Shown here: piece after piece, positions 1-10,254 of the stretch
Numbering within the stretch: position 1 is the stretch's first letter
How the letters are laid out: every line of letters begins with the position of its first letter
Assembly: GCF_018350175.1 (NCBI RefSeq)
Contig: NC_058368.1
Coordinates: forward strand, 173,044,001-173,108,000
DNA from: Felis catus
Lineage: Eukaryota
Direction: 5' to 3'
Length of the DNA stretch: 64,000 nucleotides
Made by a program: the position numbers and the translations under genes
Notes under the pieces: generated by a model
The model's database searches: none
Told to the model about the DNA's origin: nothing
The model's input: the letters and a program-made list of their open reading frames with translations, nothing else

Positions 1-444
1 AAGCCTCAGTTTCCTCACCTGTGGCACAATGAACAGGGGTGGCTGTGAGGTTCTTCCAAGGGAAAGGTAAGTTTTAGGAGCCTGTGCAGACTAAGCACCT
101 GCTGAATGCTGAAATGTAATTCATTGCTTCATTCAGCAAACAATTTCTGCTTTCTGGTCAATATGCTGGGTGCTGGGAAAAACAAAGGACTAGATGCCTG
201 CCCCAGGAATCCCCAGGCCTCAGGAAAAGACAATTAAATAAAGGTGCTGAGTATGAAGAGGTACGGGGACAATGGTTCCTCCCAGAGCTGACCTCTGGAC
301 ATCACTGCAATACGGGAAACCCTCTTTACAACTTTCCAGCCCCCAAGAAAAAGCAGTAGGGGTTAAAAGGGAGACAGGCAGCTGGATGAACAGGTTACTG
401 GAACCCCAGGGTAAAACTCTTGGACTTTCCTGCCTGTTAAGTAG

Positions 445-523
445 AATTTGGCTGCAATGGTCTCAACTACAACAGCCCCCTCTGGGGCCTCCGCATCCAC
501 CGGGCCCTGGCCAAGCGCCTCAT
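445..523 (+). pseudogene. HECT-like pseudogene exon (start of N-lobe)
   Basis: tag acceptor, AT|GTATGT donor; open frame FGCNGLNYNSPLWGLRIHRALAKRL with G/C at 22 of 25 third positions, a strong coding signature. Confidence 0.7.
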
Positions 524-644
524 GTATGTTTGTTTTGGGTTGAAGGGACCCACAGGACCACATATTCTCACAAGGACACTGGCTCTTGAAGTCAGAGAAG
601 AAGGGATAGGATTTGGTCCTACCCTCCTCCTCATCTTTGCTCAG

Positions 645-700
645 GGACCTTTTCTGGCCCTGTATCTCTCATCCTTAAGACTGAGATTAGAATCAAATAC
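645..700 (+). pseudogene. HECT-like pseudogene exon
   Basis: Strong acceptor cctcctcatctttgctcag; (M)DLF then, after a frameshift, SGPVSLILKTEIRIKY, ending in phase 0 at TAC|GTGCTA. Confidence 0.6.
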
Positions 701-1317
701 GTGCTAAGTCTCTGGCTGTATGCTAGATACCATGCTGGGCACTTGACGCACCTTAGTTCCTTTAACCCTTCAGCAGTCCTGTGAAGAACTGGAGTCCAAA
801 AGTTTAAGCAAGGTGTCAGAGTCTTAACTGTCACCTGGTGTGCTTGGCCTTATCTGTTGTTCTTAGCTGGCACACAGATACCATCTTTAAGGGCCCAACA
901 CAGTGCCTCACCCACAGGTGTTCAGGAATTTGAGTGTCAGGCAGTGAGATTACCTTAGCCTCAGTTTCCTCATCTGTGAATTATAGTTACTGATAATTCC
1001 TACCCTGCTGAGATAGATACTTGTCAAGACTTTTGGCCAATGTACAGTGACCCCTTTTTTCTTAGAACTGCCCCCCTTTCATTCATTAATTCTACAGATA
1101 TTTATTAAGCTCTCCCCTCATAGCCTTGTGAAGAAGGCAGATAAATAAAAACAAGGTAGAGAGCTGAACAGTAAGAGAGAAGCTGAAGGTGCTGGGGGAT
1201 TTGGGGAGGCCTCAGGGGCAGTCAGGGAAGCAATAAGAGGTCTCAGGTAAGGATAGGAAAGGCCATGGGTGCCTGACTATGCAGGGCCTTGTTGTTCAAA
1301 TTAAAGAATTTAGGCTT

Positions 1318-1535
1318 GGGGCACCTGGGTGGCTCAGTTGGTTGAGGGTCCAACTTGGGCTCAGGTCATCATCTCGCGGTCCAAGTGTTCAAACCCCATG
1401 TCAGGGTCAGTGCTGGCAGCTTGGAACCTGGAGCCTGCTTCAGATTCCTGTCTCCCTCTCTCTCTGCCCCTCCCCTGCTCTCACTCTGTCTCCCTCTCTT
1501 TCGACAATAAACATTAAAAAGATAATAATAAAAAG
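1318..1535 (+). mobile_element. CanSINE (SINEC_Fc-type)
   Basis: GGGGCACCTGGGTGGCTCAG head, (CT)n, A-rich tail; TSD ttaaagaatttaggctt at 1301-1317 and 1541-1557. Confidence 0.93.
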
Positions 1536-1918
1536 AGTTTTTAAAGAATTTAGGCTTTCTCTGGAGGTCAGTAGGAAACCATGGAAGGTTATGGATCACA
1601 TCTATGCAGTACAAAGCTAACTCTGCCAGCAGTGTCCAGATGACACTGGTACTTCCTCTAGAAACACTACCCTGGCCAGGGTCTTGCCTCTGGGATATGC
1701 TAGAACTGTCATATCAGTAACAGTTGTGGCTTCTCCTCCTTTGTGCCAGATATCCTCCAAGACACCCTCTCATTTAATCCTGAGTTGAGCACTGTTGTTC
1801 TCCCCATCTTCAGGAAAGGAAGCATGACTTTGTCAAAACCAAACTCCTAACCCAAACTCCCAGTTCACACTCTTCATCTCCACTGGACGTGAACATCATC
1901 TGCTTTCTGACTAAACAG

Positions 1919-2253
1919 CCAGGTCTGGTGGGGAGGTATGGAGGCCTTTGCTAATTAGTCCTAAATGCTGCTGGTAAACACCACAATCATCCCTTTTTTG
2001 GGTCTAGGGGTTGGGAATTCCTTTCTCTGCCCACTCAGTGGTTTCCCCAGAACTGGATCAAGCTTCTACTTAAGATCAAGGAAGGATTGGCCACATCTTA
2101 AGCCATATAGTTTTCCAGCAGTGTTTCCTTCCTACCCCAAATACCAGGTTTCTCTCTGCTAATCTGACCCTGTAGCCCCAGCCCGAAGGACTCAAGTTTC
2201 CACCTTCAAGTGTTCTTTTTCTCAGATATTCTCTTATGAAAGCCCTGTGTGTG
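1919..2253 (+). pseudogene. HECT-like pseudogene exon(s); internal boundaries uncertain
   Basis: ctgactaaacag acceptor; PGLVGRYGGLC*LVLNAAGKHHNHPFFGSRGWEFLSLPTQWFPQNWIKLLLKIKEG, then by frameshift RIGHILSHIVFQQCFLPTP. Confidence 0.6.
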
Positions 2254-2577
2254 GTGACCACTGATCCCTGCCCTTTTGCCCTCATCACTTCCCCGGCTGC
2301 CCAATGTACTCACTGTGCCTGGACAGGCTGTATTCCATCCAGCCTGTGCTCATACTATTCTCTCTGCCTTTTCTACTGTCAGGCAAACTCCTACTCAATC
2401 TTCAGGGCCCAGTTTAGAAGACTCCTCCTCCTGGAACCCTTCCCTGATCCTACCCCAGCAGGCAGTCATTTTTCTCTGAAGGAGCCACTACAGTAACCAT
2501 TGGCTTCCAAATACAGTCCCAGCCGGTTGGTGAGCCCCTTACACCAGGCTCAGGACATATACTTCTCTGATCTCCAG

Positions 2578-2715
2578 TGACCAAGCCCAAGACTGTGAGG
2601 CACAGAGAAGTACTAGAGAAACATTTCCTAATGCCTGATCTGTCCGCTCCCCTCTTCTCCATGTTCATGTCTCCATTAGACAAAAGAATTATGGTTTGAA
2701 TTATGGACCAAATAG
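2578..2715 (+). pseudogene. HECT-like pseudogene exon (variable insertion region)
   Basis: Acceptor acttctctgatctccag, donor AG|GTAAGA; one stop in 45 codons (TKPKTVRHREVLEKHFLMPDLSAPLFSMFMSPLDKRIMV*IMDQI). Confidence 0.5.
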
Positions 2716-2735
2716 GTAAGACTTAAACCATCCCT

Positions 2736-2940
2736 GGGGTGCCTGGAAGGCTCAGTCAATTAAGCTCCCAACTTCAGCTCAGGTCGTGATCTCACAGTTC
2801 ACAAGTTTGAGCCCCACGTCAGGCTCTGTGCTAACAGTTCAGAGCCTGAAGCCTGCTTTGGATTCTGTGTTTCCCTCTCTCTCTCTACCCCCCCCCCATT
2901 CTCTCTCTCAAAAATAAGTAAAGCATTAAAAAATTTTTAA
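2736..2940 (+). mobile_element. CanSINE (SINEC_Fc-type)
   Basis: tRNA-derived head, CT tract, A tail; no clear TSD. Confidence 0.9.
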
Positions 2941-2971
2941 ATACATCTTAATCAAAACCTTGGGGCTGTAG

Positions 2972-3219
2972 ATTCAGCTCTATTTTTTTTTTTTTTCAGC
3001 TCTATTGATCTGGAGAAAACATCCCCCTTATTTCTAAAATGGCAGTCAGGCCCCATCATCAAATCTCTCAGCCAACTGACTGACTATCAGTCCAAAAAGA
3101 TGACTCCGTTTCTCAATTAAAGCCATTATATTATTATGCATCCCAATGACAACCTTCCCCCTGCTGGGTTCTAGTCCTAGGACAGACAGACAAGGCTAGA
3201 GCCTTGCCCTGAGTTTGTG
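2972..3219 (+). pseudogene. HECT-like pseudogene exon carrying a poly(T) insertion
   Basis: With the insertion removed it reads FSSIDLEKTSPLFLKWQSGPIIKSLSQLTDYQSKK (cf. TRIP12 LTSHDL..ARSVYHLEDIVRQKK) ...PEFV; donor GTG|GTGAGA. Confidence 0.55.
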
Positions 3220-3899
3220 GTGAGAGAAGTCCTTGGGAAGCCCTGAGGGGTCTCCCAGCACCCACTCTCCTGAAGTACTCCAGCAGGGGAGAGTCATTTG
3301 GGTGAAATGTAGCTTTTCACATAAAAACCATCTGAAAAGAAACGTAGAGAGAGGCATTTTCTCAGGTAGACCAAGGATTTCATATAAAAGTTATTTAAGT
3401 ATGGGAACTTGTTCCATTAACTCCAACCATGTCAGAACAATCTGGAAAATCTTTGCATCTACCAGGTGCAGACTTTAGCCAAAAATTGTGACTGGGAAAA
3501 CAACCATGGTAAGAATAATCTGGAAAATCTTCACATCCCCAAGATGAAGACCTTAGGCAAAAACCATTTGGAAAATGTGTGGCTGTGTAGAAAATGGGAG
3601 GCAATTGTTGGAGAGGGACTAGAGATAGAGAGCTTTTTCTGAAGGCAGAAGAGACTTGGTCTTGTGTAAACTGTTCCACCACAGGGCCTGTGTTTGCTGT
3701 TTCCTCTGCCTGGAGGACTGCCCTCCCAGGTCTCCCAGGATTCTGTCAATCAGCTTAAGAGTCCCTCTTCAGACAGGACCTCCTGGCTCCTCCCTCACCT
3801 TCAGAAACCCTATCCACTCCAGGTCACTCTATCACATCTTTCCGTTGAAGTGACTTAGAGCAATTGCCATTCTCTGAAATTATCTGATTTTTTTTTTTT

Positions 3900-5700
3900 A
3901 CTACTTCTTTCTCTATTTTATTTTTATTGAGATATAATTCACACACCATAAAATTCACCCTTTTAAGAGTACAATCCAGTGGTTTTTAATAAACTTACAA
4001 AGTTATGCAACCATCATCATGATGTAATTCCAGAGCATTTCATTACTCTTAAGAGAAACTCTGTGCCCATTAGCAGTCACTCTCCATTCCTTCCCTTCTC
4101 CTAGGCCTTGGCAACCACTCTACTCTCTGTCTCTATTTGCTTATTTTGGACATTTCATATCAGTGAAATCATTTAATATATGGCCTTTTATTTATTAAAA
4201 AAATTTTTATTAAGCAATCTCTATGCCCAATATGGGGTTTGAACTTACAACCCCAAGATCGAGTCATATTCTCTACCAACTAAGCCAGCCTGGTGTCCCT
4301 AATATGTGGTCTTTTTATGTCTGGCTTTTTTTTTTTTATCATTGAGCATAATGTTTTCCAGGTTCATTCATCTTGTAGCATGTATCAGTACTATGCTCCT
4401 TTTTATGGCGGAATAATATTCCACTGTATGGATATAATACACTTGTTTATCAATTGATTTCCCTCAGTTGATGGATATTTGGGTTGCTTTTACTTTGGGG
4501 CTATTATGAACAATGTTACTCTTTTTTTAAATGTTTATTTATTATTGAGAGACAGAGAGAGACAGAGCATGAGCATGGGAGGGGCAGAGATAGGAGGAGA
4601 CACAGAATTTGAAGGAGGCTCCAGGCTCTGAGCTGTCAGCACAGAGCCCGATGTGGGGCTCGAATCCACCAACTGCAAGATCATGACCTGAGCCGAAGTC
4701 GGATGCCCAACTGACTGAGCTACCCAGGCGCCCCTGAACAATGTTACTTTTAACATTTGTGTACAAATTTTTGTGTGGAGGTAGGTTTTTATTTCTCTTG
4801 GGTATAAATCTAGGAGTGGAATTGCTGAGCCAGATGGTAACTCCATGTTTAACTCTGAAGAATTTTTTGAAGATGTTACCAAAGTGATTGTAACATTTTA
4901 CATTCTCACTAGCAATGTATAAGCGTTCCAATTTCATCACATTTTTACCAACACTTGTTGTTATCTGCTTTTTTTGAGTACAGTCATCCTAGTAGGTGTA
5001 AAATGGTATCTCATTGTGATTTTCATTTGCCTTTCCCTAATGACTAATAATCATTGAGCACCTTTTAGTGTGTTTACTGGCCATTTGTGTATCTTCTTTG
5101 GAGAAATGTTTACTCAGATTATTTGTGCATTTTTAAAATTGGTGAATTTGTCTTTTGTTGTTGTTGAGTTAAAAGAGCTCTTCACATATTCTAGATACAA
5201 GTCCTTTATTGAATATAAGATTTACAAATATTTTCTCCCATTCTGTGAATTGTCTTTTCTCTTTCTTGATAGAATCCTTCAAAATACAAAAGTTTTTAAT
5301 GTTGTGCAGTCCAACTTGCCGATTTTTTTCTTTTGTTGCTGTGCTTTTGGTAATATCTAAGAAACCATTTCCTGATTCCAGTTCATGAAATCTTACCCGT
5401 ATGTTTTCTCCTAAGAGTTTTATAGTTTTAGGTCTTACATTTAGGACTTTGATCCATTTTGAGTTAATTTGTAGTGTGAGATACGGATCTAACTGTATTG
5501 TTTTGCATGTGGATATCCAGTTGTCCCAGCACCACTTGTTGAAAACATTGTCTTTTACCAATGAATAGTCTTGACATCCTTCGTGAAAAATCAACTGAAC
5601 ACAGAAGCATGGGTTTATTTTAGAATTCTCAATCGAGCTGTTCCATTGACTGATAAGCCTATCTTTATGTACTACACAGTTTTCATAGACTAATTTCCCA
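3900..5700 (-). mobile_element. Old L1 (L1M-type) 3' fragment including ORF2 C-terminal remnant, interrupted by two SINEs (~4190-4300, ~4522-4734)
   Basis: ORF 5169-5708 gives L1 ORF2-like QWN..IE..INP..QLIF..FNKWCWDNWISTCK..LDPYLT; L1 3'UTR motifs; SINE TSD tgaacaatgttact. Confidence 0.9.
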
Positions 5701-6384
5701 CCCCCCACACTCCCATCTTTCTCACTGTCTTGAATATAAGTACCAAGAGGTCAAGACTCCTTTACTGCTGTGTTTCCAATGCCCATAACAGGGCCTGGTG
5801 TGGAGTAGGTGCTTAGGTGCTCAGTAAATATTTGTGGATTGAATGAACAAATCTTTGAGTGTGTATAGTGCTGTTGGGAAGAAGCCATTGGGAGGGGAAG
5901 GTTAAAGGTATAGGAGCAAGAGGTCCCTTGGGTCAAGGAGGTGCAAAGTGTGTGAATGTATTGTGGGTGAAGCGATGGGCCCTGGAGCAAAGGAGAAATC
6001 CCTTATACTCTGAGAATGTGTAGGGAAAGGCAAAATAGAGCCTCACTATGTTTTAAGTGAGAATGGAAGGAAATTGAGAGCGGTCCCTCACAGTGCCTCT
6101 GTTTTCTTGGAGAGGTAGGAAGTAAGAGGGAAGGCAGGAGGTATAGGCTCAAGGAAGCTAAGAATAGCTGAGGGCTTTGGGGCCTGAGCCCAGAGTTGGA
6201 CCTAAGCAGTTGGCATACTCATGATTGGATTCCTTCAGGGTTCTAGGGGACAGTAGATGAAGGGGCAAGGGGGAATGTAAGGTTGTAGCCTTGGCACCCA
6301 GGCTTGCAGAAACAGGAGAACTACACCACATAGCCCTTGACCATAGGCAACATTTTCTAAACCCTAAGTGCCAGCCATCCCTAG

Positions 6385-6657
6385 ACACACACAGGATAGT
6401 GTGAAGTGCTAAGGAGGGTTTAGACAGGGCTACCTTCTGTGGGTGACTTCTAAAAGCCGGAATGACTTGAGGCTGATTCCTTCATTGAAATATCTACTTT
6501 AGTCCATCCCAACCCAGACCTTAAAAGTCTTCTGAGATCTAGTCAGAGAGGTATTCTCCCTTACTGCAGTAATAAACTAGGTTTTTCTTAATGGAGGGAA
6601 AAAAGGTTATGACTTATGGCAGCACAGCTGGCCAACATTCTTGGGATAGAGACAAAG
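6385..6657 (+). pseudogene. HECT-like pseudogene exon (small subdomain to hinge)
   Basis: ccatccctag acceptor, AAG|GTAAGC donor; THTG*CEVL / QGYLLWVTSKSRNDLRLIPSLKYLL*SIPTQTLKVF*DLVREVFSL / LMAAQLANILGIETK. Confidence 0.65.
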
Positions 6658-6821
6658 GTAAGCCATGGGGGCCAGCTTGGGAATAGAAATGAGGCCCAGC
6701 TAAATGAACCAACATGCCTGTGCCCCTTAATGAGTTTGGCTAGTCTCTAGACTTCCTGTCTACACGTTTTTTGTCTGCAAATTGTAATATTCTCCACCCT
6801 TCAGGAGGTCTTGGCAGATAT

Positions 6822-7006
6822 TCTTTTTTTTTTTTTTTAATGTTTATTTATTTTTGAAAGTGGGGAGGGGCAGAGAGAGCGAGGGAGACAAAGGATCTGA
6901 AGCAGGCTCCACACTGTCAGCAATGAGCCCGATGCAGGACTCCAACTCATGAACTGTGAGATCATGACCTGAGCCAAAGTCAGACACTCAACCAACTGAG
7001 ACACCC
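6822..7006 (-). mobile_element. CanSINE
   Basis: Poly(T), then the reverse-complement body gagatcatgacctgagccaaagtc. Confidence 0.88.
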
Positions 7007-8026
7007 TTCTGGAAGGTATTCTTAAAGAATATAAAAGGAATATAGAGGAACCAAATGGTTGAATGTGGCTAAAAGGGAGAGAGGAGAGTTTTAAGAAGTT
7101 ATCAGAAGCAGACTATAAAAGGCTCAGAGGCATTGGGGCTTAATTCTGCTGGCATGAGGAGCGCCAAGATTAGATGTAACATTGAAAAAGATGGCCGTGG
7201 GACCATGGGGGAGGGTGAGAGTGGAGGGAGAACTGGGAAGATGCTGAGGTCATGAAGCAAGAGGTAGCTGTGACCTGGACCAGGATGGTGGCAGGGAAAT
7301 GGGGATAAAGAATGGACTAAAGGGTTTCAGAAGGTAGAATGACAGGACCTGGAAACTAAAAAGGAGCATTAAGGGAATATGATGAGTCAAGGCAGGGTCC
7401 AGTTTCCAGCTCAGATAAGGTGGCTAAAGGAATGAAGCTATCAACCACTGAGATGGGGAGACAGAAGAAATATGGCTGGGGCAGGGATAGGAAATAGATT
7501 CTTTCTGTTGTTGTTGTTAATATTGTATTGTGACAGTTTTCAAACATACAGAAAAATAAGAAAGAAAAATATGACCAATGCCATCTAGATTCAATATATG
7601 TTAATATATAGATAGATATTTTAAGTAAGCTCTGCGCCCAACATGGGGCTTGAACTCAGGACACTGAGATCAAGAGTTGCATGCTCTACTGACTGAGGCA
7701 GCCAGGCACTCCAATATATGTTAACATTTTGTGGCATACTTGTCCGTAGATAATTTTTATGAAGCATTTCAAAGTGAAAAATATATATTCTGATACTTCT
7801 CACCTGACCGCTTAGCAAACTTCTCTCAAACATGAGGATGTTCTCTTATATAACGAAAATACCACCTAACAATGATTTCTCAATATCTAATACTCTTTCC
7901 ATATTCAAATTTTCACCAAATGTCTTTGGGAGATGGTTTTTCTGACCTATAATCTAATCAATATCATATATTGTATTGGTCTTTGTATTTCTTATGCCTC
8001 TTATAATCTAAAATTCCCACACATCA

Positions 8027-8240
8027 GGGGTGCCTGGGTGTTCAGTCAGTTGGGCATCCGACTTTGGCTCAGGTCATGATCTCACAGTCCATGAGTTCGA
8101 GCCCCACGTCAGGCTCTGTGCTGACAGCTCAGAGCCTGGAGCCTGCTTTGGATTCTGTGTCTCCCTCTCTCTCTGCTCCTCCCCTGCTCATGCTCTGTCT
8201 CTCTCTGTCTCAAAAATAAATAAAAACATTAAAAAAATCT
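8027..8240 (+). mobile_element. CanSINE (SINEC_Fc-type)
   Basis: Full element; TSD aaaattcccacacatca. Confidence 0.93.
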
Positions 8241-8906
8241 TAATCATATGATAAAATTCCCACACATCAAAACATAAACAAATAATAAAATGCCCCCACA
8301 TCATGTTTTACATGACATTTGGCTTTTGAAGTGACCGGGCCAGTTATCCTGAGAATGCCCCTTGTTTGCAGTTAGCTGATGCTTCCCCTTGGTGTCATTT
8401 AATCTGTTCCTCTGCCCCTACATTTCCAGTAAAGTGGACATTAGGTCAGGGGCTTGATTAGATTTGGGTTAAAGTTTTTAGCAAGAATGATTTTAAGTAA
8501 GGCAGCTACTGGTGTTTGGACATGTTAGGTTTGGGGAGCCCAAGGGGCATTAGGGGTAGACATCCTGTCCACAGCTTGACATACATGTGGTTTAAAGATC
8601 TGGAAGAAGAGTCAAGCAAGAGAATATACTGCAAGAGTCATCACAGAGGAGATGGGACCTGAAGTCTTTGGTAGGGATGGGAGAGACAGTAAGAAAACAC
8701 AGGGAATGTGAGAAGGAGAATCCCAGGGAGTTTCCAAAAGAGTGAGTGGTAACACAAGATAATGAGATGACCACCTGAGACCTGACAGTCAAAAAGCCAC
8801 CCCTTCCCCCCCGCACATCCTGGGCCCCTTATACGGAGAGTCAATTTATGGGTCTAGAGTTGATAACAAGAACCTTGGGGAGAATTTCAGAGACCTTAAA
8901 TGATAG

Positions 8907-9030
8907 GACATCTCCAAACCAAAACTGGAAGCACAGGCTTGGATAGTCAATGGGAGGATGCAGTTGGTTTCAGAAAGTCTGATTAGTTGCATTAATGAGC
9001 CTACAGCAACAAATAAGATCAGAAAGGAGG
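8907..9030 (+). pseudogene. Probable HECT-like pseudogene exon (start of C-lobe); boundaries approximate
   Basis: DISKPKLEAQAWIVNG / SWFQKV*LVALMSLQQQIR, at the expected position between hinge and active-site exons; splice sites weak. Confidence 0.4.
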
Positions 9031-9662
9031 ACTTGGGAGGCTTCAAGTTGGTGGCATCTCCAGCCCTGCCCAGGGGGCTGCCAGGGAATTTAGGGCCATG
9101 TTGGGCCTGGGTCTCTCCAGCGGGCAGGGACTGAAGCTAAACTATAGTAACAGAGGCCCCTGCTGCCTTCTATATCCCAGACCTGTGGCAATGATGAGTC
9201 AGAAACACCCTTAGAACACCCTGTCACATGCTTTCCATGTGCTGACACCAGCTCTTCACTATGGCCTAAGACCCTTCCAAGATGAGGTCCTGCCTGCAAG
9301 TCCAGGCTCATTGCCTACCTTGTTCCCCTCCTTATCCACCTCTCAGCCACACTAACCTCCTTTGGTTCCTGGATGCAGAAGCCTTTTCCCTCTCCATAGA
9401 TCTGTGTGGTGGGTCTTTAGTGTGCTAGCTGCCTGTGCTGGTGTCTGAGTGGCAGCAAGCTCTGAAGTTACGAACATAGACTGTGACCTAGAAGGCCTGG
9501 TTTGAATTCCTCAGCTCTGCCACTTAATAGCCATGAACCTCTCTGTACCTGTGTATCTTCTCTATAAAGTGGGATTGTTGGGAGTTAATATGAGTTTGAA
9601 TAGTGATTCATGATTATTGTTCTAATGAGATTCAAAAAATCAAGGTTTGCCTAAGCTCACAG

Positions 9663-9885
9663 AGCTGGCCATCAAAGATGTTCTTCCAGTACACCCTTTT
9701 GTGTTATAAATATCCTCATCTAACTGCTGTTTTCTGTGCTATAGATTCCATGATTTTGTTCTACAACTTCTGTTTCTGTAGGTTAAAATTACCCTTGGGA
9801 AAACAAATGAAGGGATTGTAAGGTCAGAAGACTGAAAAGGCATACTGGCACATCCTTGTTGACAAGCAGTTTACATTCTTAATAA
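9663..9885 (+). pseudogene. HECT-like pseudogene terminal exon with catalytic-Cys motif
   Basis: DVLPVHPF / YPHLTAVF..D..LFYNFCFCRLKLPLGKQMKGL*GQKTEKA...DKQFTF followed by an off-frame TAATAA (9880-9885); AATAAA at 9895-9900. Confidence 0.65.
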
Positions 9886-10254
9886 GGCATCAGGAATAAA
9901 AAGTAGCCTTAACACAAGGCCATGTGTGACGAGGATGGTGAGTTCCTTGAGGATAGTTAGCAGTATTAACAATCATAAAACGTAACCAATAATTTTTGGG
10001 AGCTCACCACGTACCAGGAACTGGGTTTCACAATCCTCACAAAAACTTCTAGGTAAGTATTAATAGTACCATTTTACAGATAAGGAACCTAAGGCTCAAA
10101 AATATCAAACACCTGTCGTAAGTCACATGGTGAGTGACTTGAACTTGGTTCTGTCTTCCTCCAAATAACCGCTTTGGACCAGTGGGCCAGGCAGCAACAC
10201 TGGGCGAGAGAGTAGAAAGAAGATTTAGCAAAAGGGATCGGGTTTTGTACTTCT

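Larger units (their letters stand above)
286..9900 (+). pseudogene. Decayed multi-exon HECT-domain E3 ubiquitin ligase gene (TRIP12/HECTD1/Ufd4-like); 5' part probably extends left of the window
   Basis: Segments ~445-523, 645-700, 1919-2253, 2578-2715, 2972-3219, 6385-6657, ~8907-9030, 9663-9885 give HECT motifs in order: LRIHRALAKRLMDLF / LKTEIRIKY / PGLVGRYGGL / WFPQNW / RIGHILSHIVF / FSSIDL..IKSLSQLTDYQSKK / VTSKSRNDLRL..KYLL*SIPTQTLKVF*DLVREVFSL / AAQLANILG / DVLPVHPF..PHLTAVF..CFCRLKLP..KQFTF. Several good splice sites; many stops and frameshifts. Motif recognition is from memory. Confidence 0.7.

Noticed and set aside
363..563. Protein-like minus-strand ORF (EALGQGPVDAEAPEG...)
   Set aside because: Antisense shadow of the GC3-rich + strand exon 445-523; no acceptor on the minus strand.
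645..700. LMDLFWP..VSLILK resembling the YrdC/Sua5 FWPGPLTLIL motif
   Set aside because: Flanking segments do not continue a YrdC fold, while the HECT reading explains all neighbouring exons.
2466..2529. Possible extra exon with a GTGAGC donor
   Set aside because: Adjoins or overlaps an L2 relic and would leave a 48-nt intron, too short for a mammal.
3401..3420. MGTCSI as an alternative HECT catalytic Cys
   Set aside because: It lies before the small-subdomain exon (6385-6657), so the order is wrong; 9771-9773 fits much better.
2959..9945. Apparent minus-strand exon chain (e.g. 9875-9945, 9661-9793, 9183-9288, 8895-9000, 2959-3583) suggesting an inversion with a breakpoint at the TSD-less SINE 2736-2940
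   Set aside because: 9183-9400 is an L2 relic. Most of the other segments are the antisense of + strand segments that fit HECT motifs better and colinearly. No partner SINE with swapped TSDs was found.
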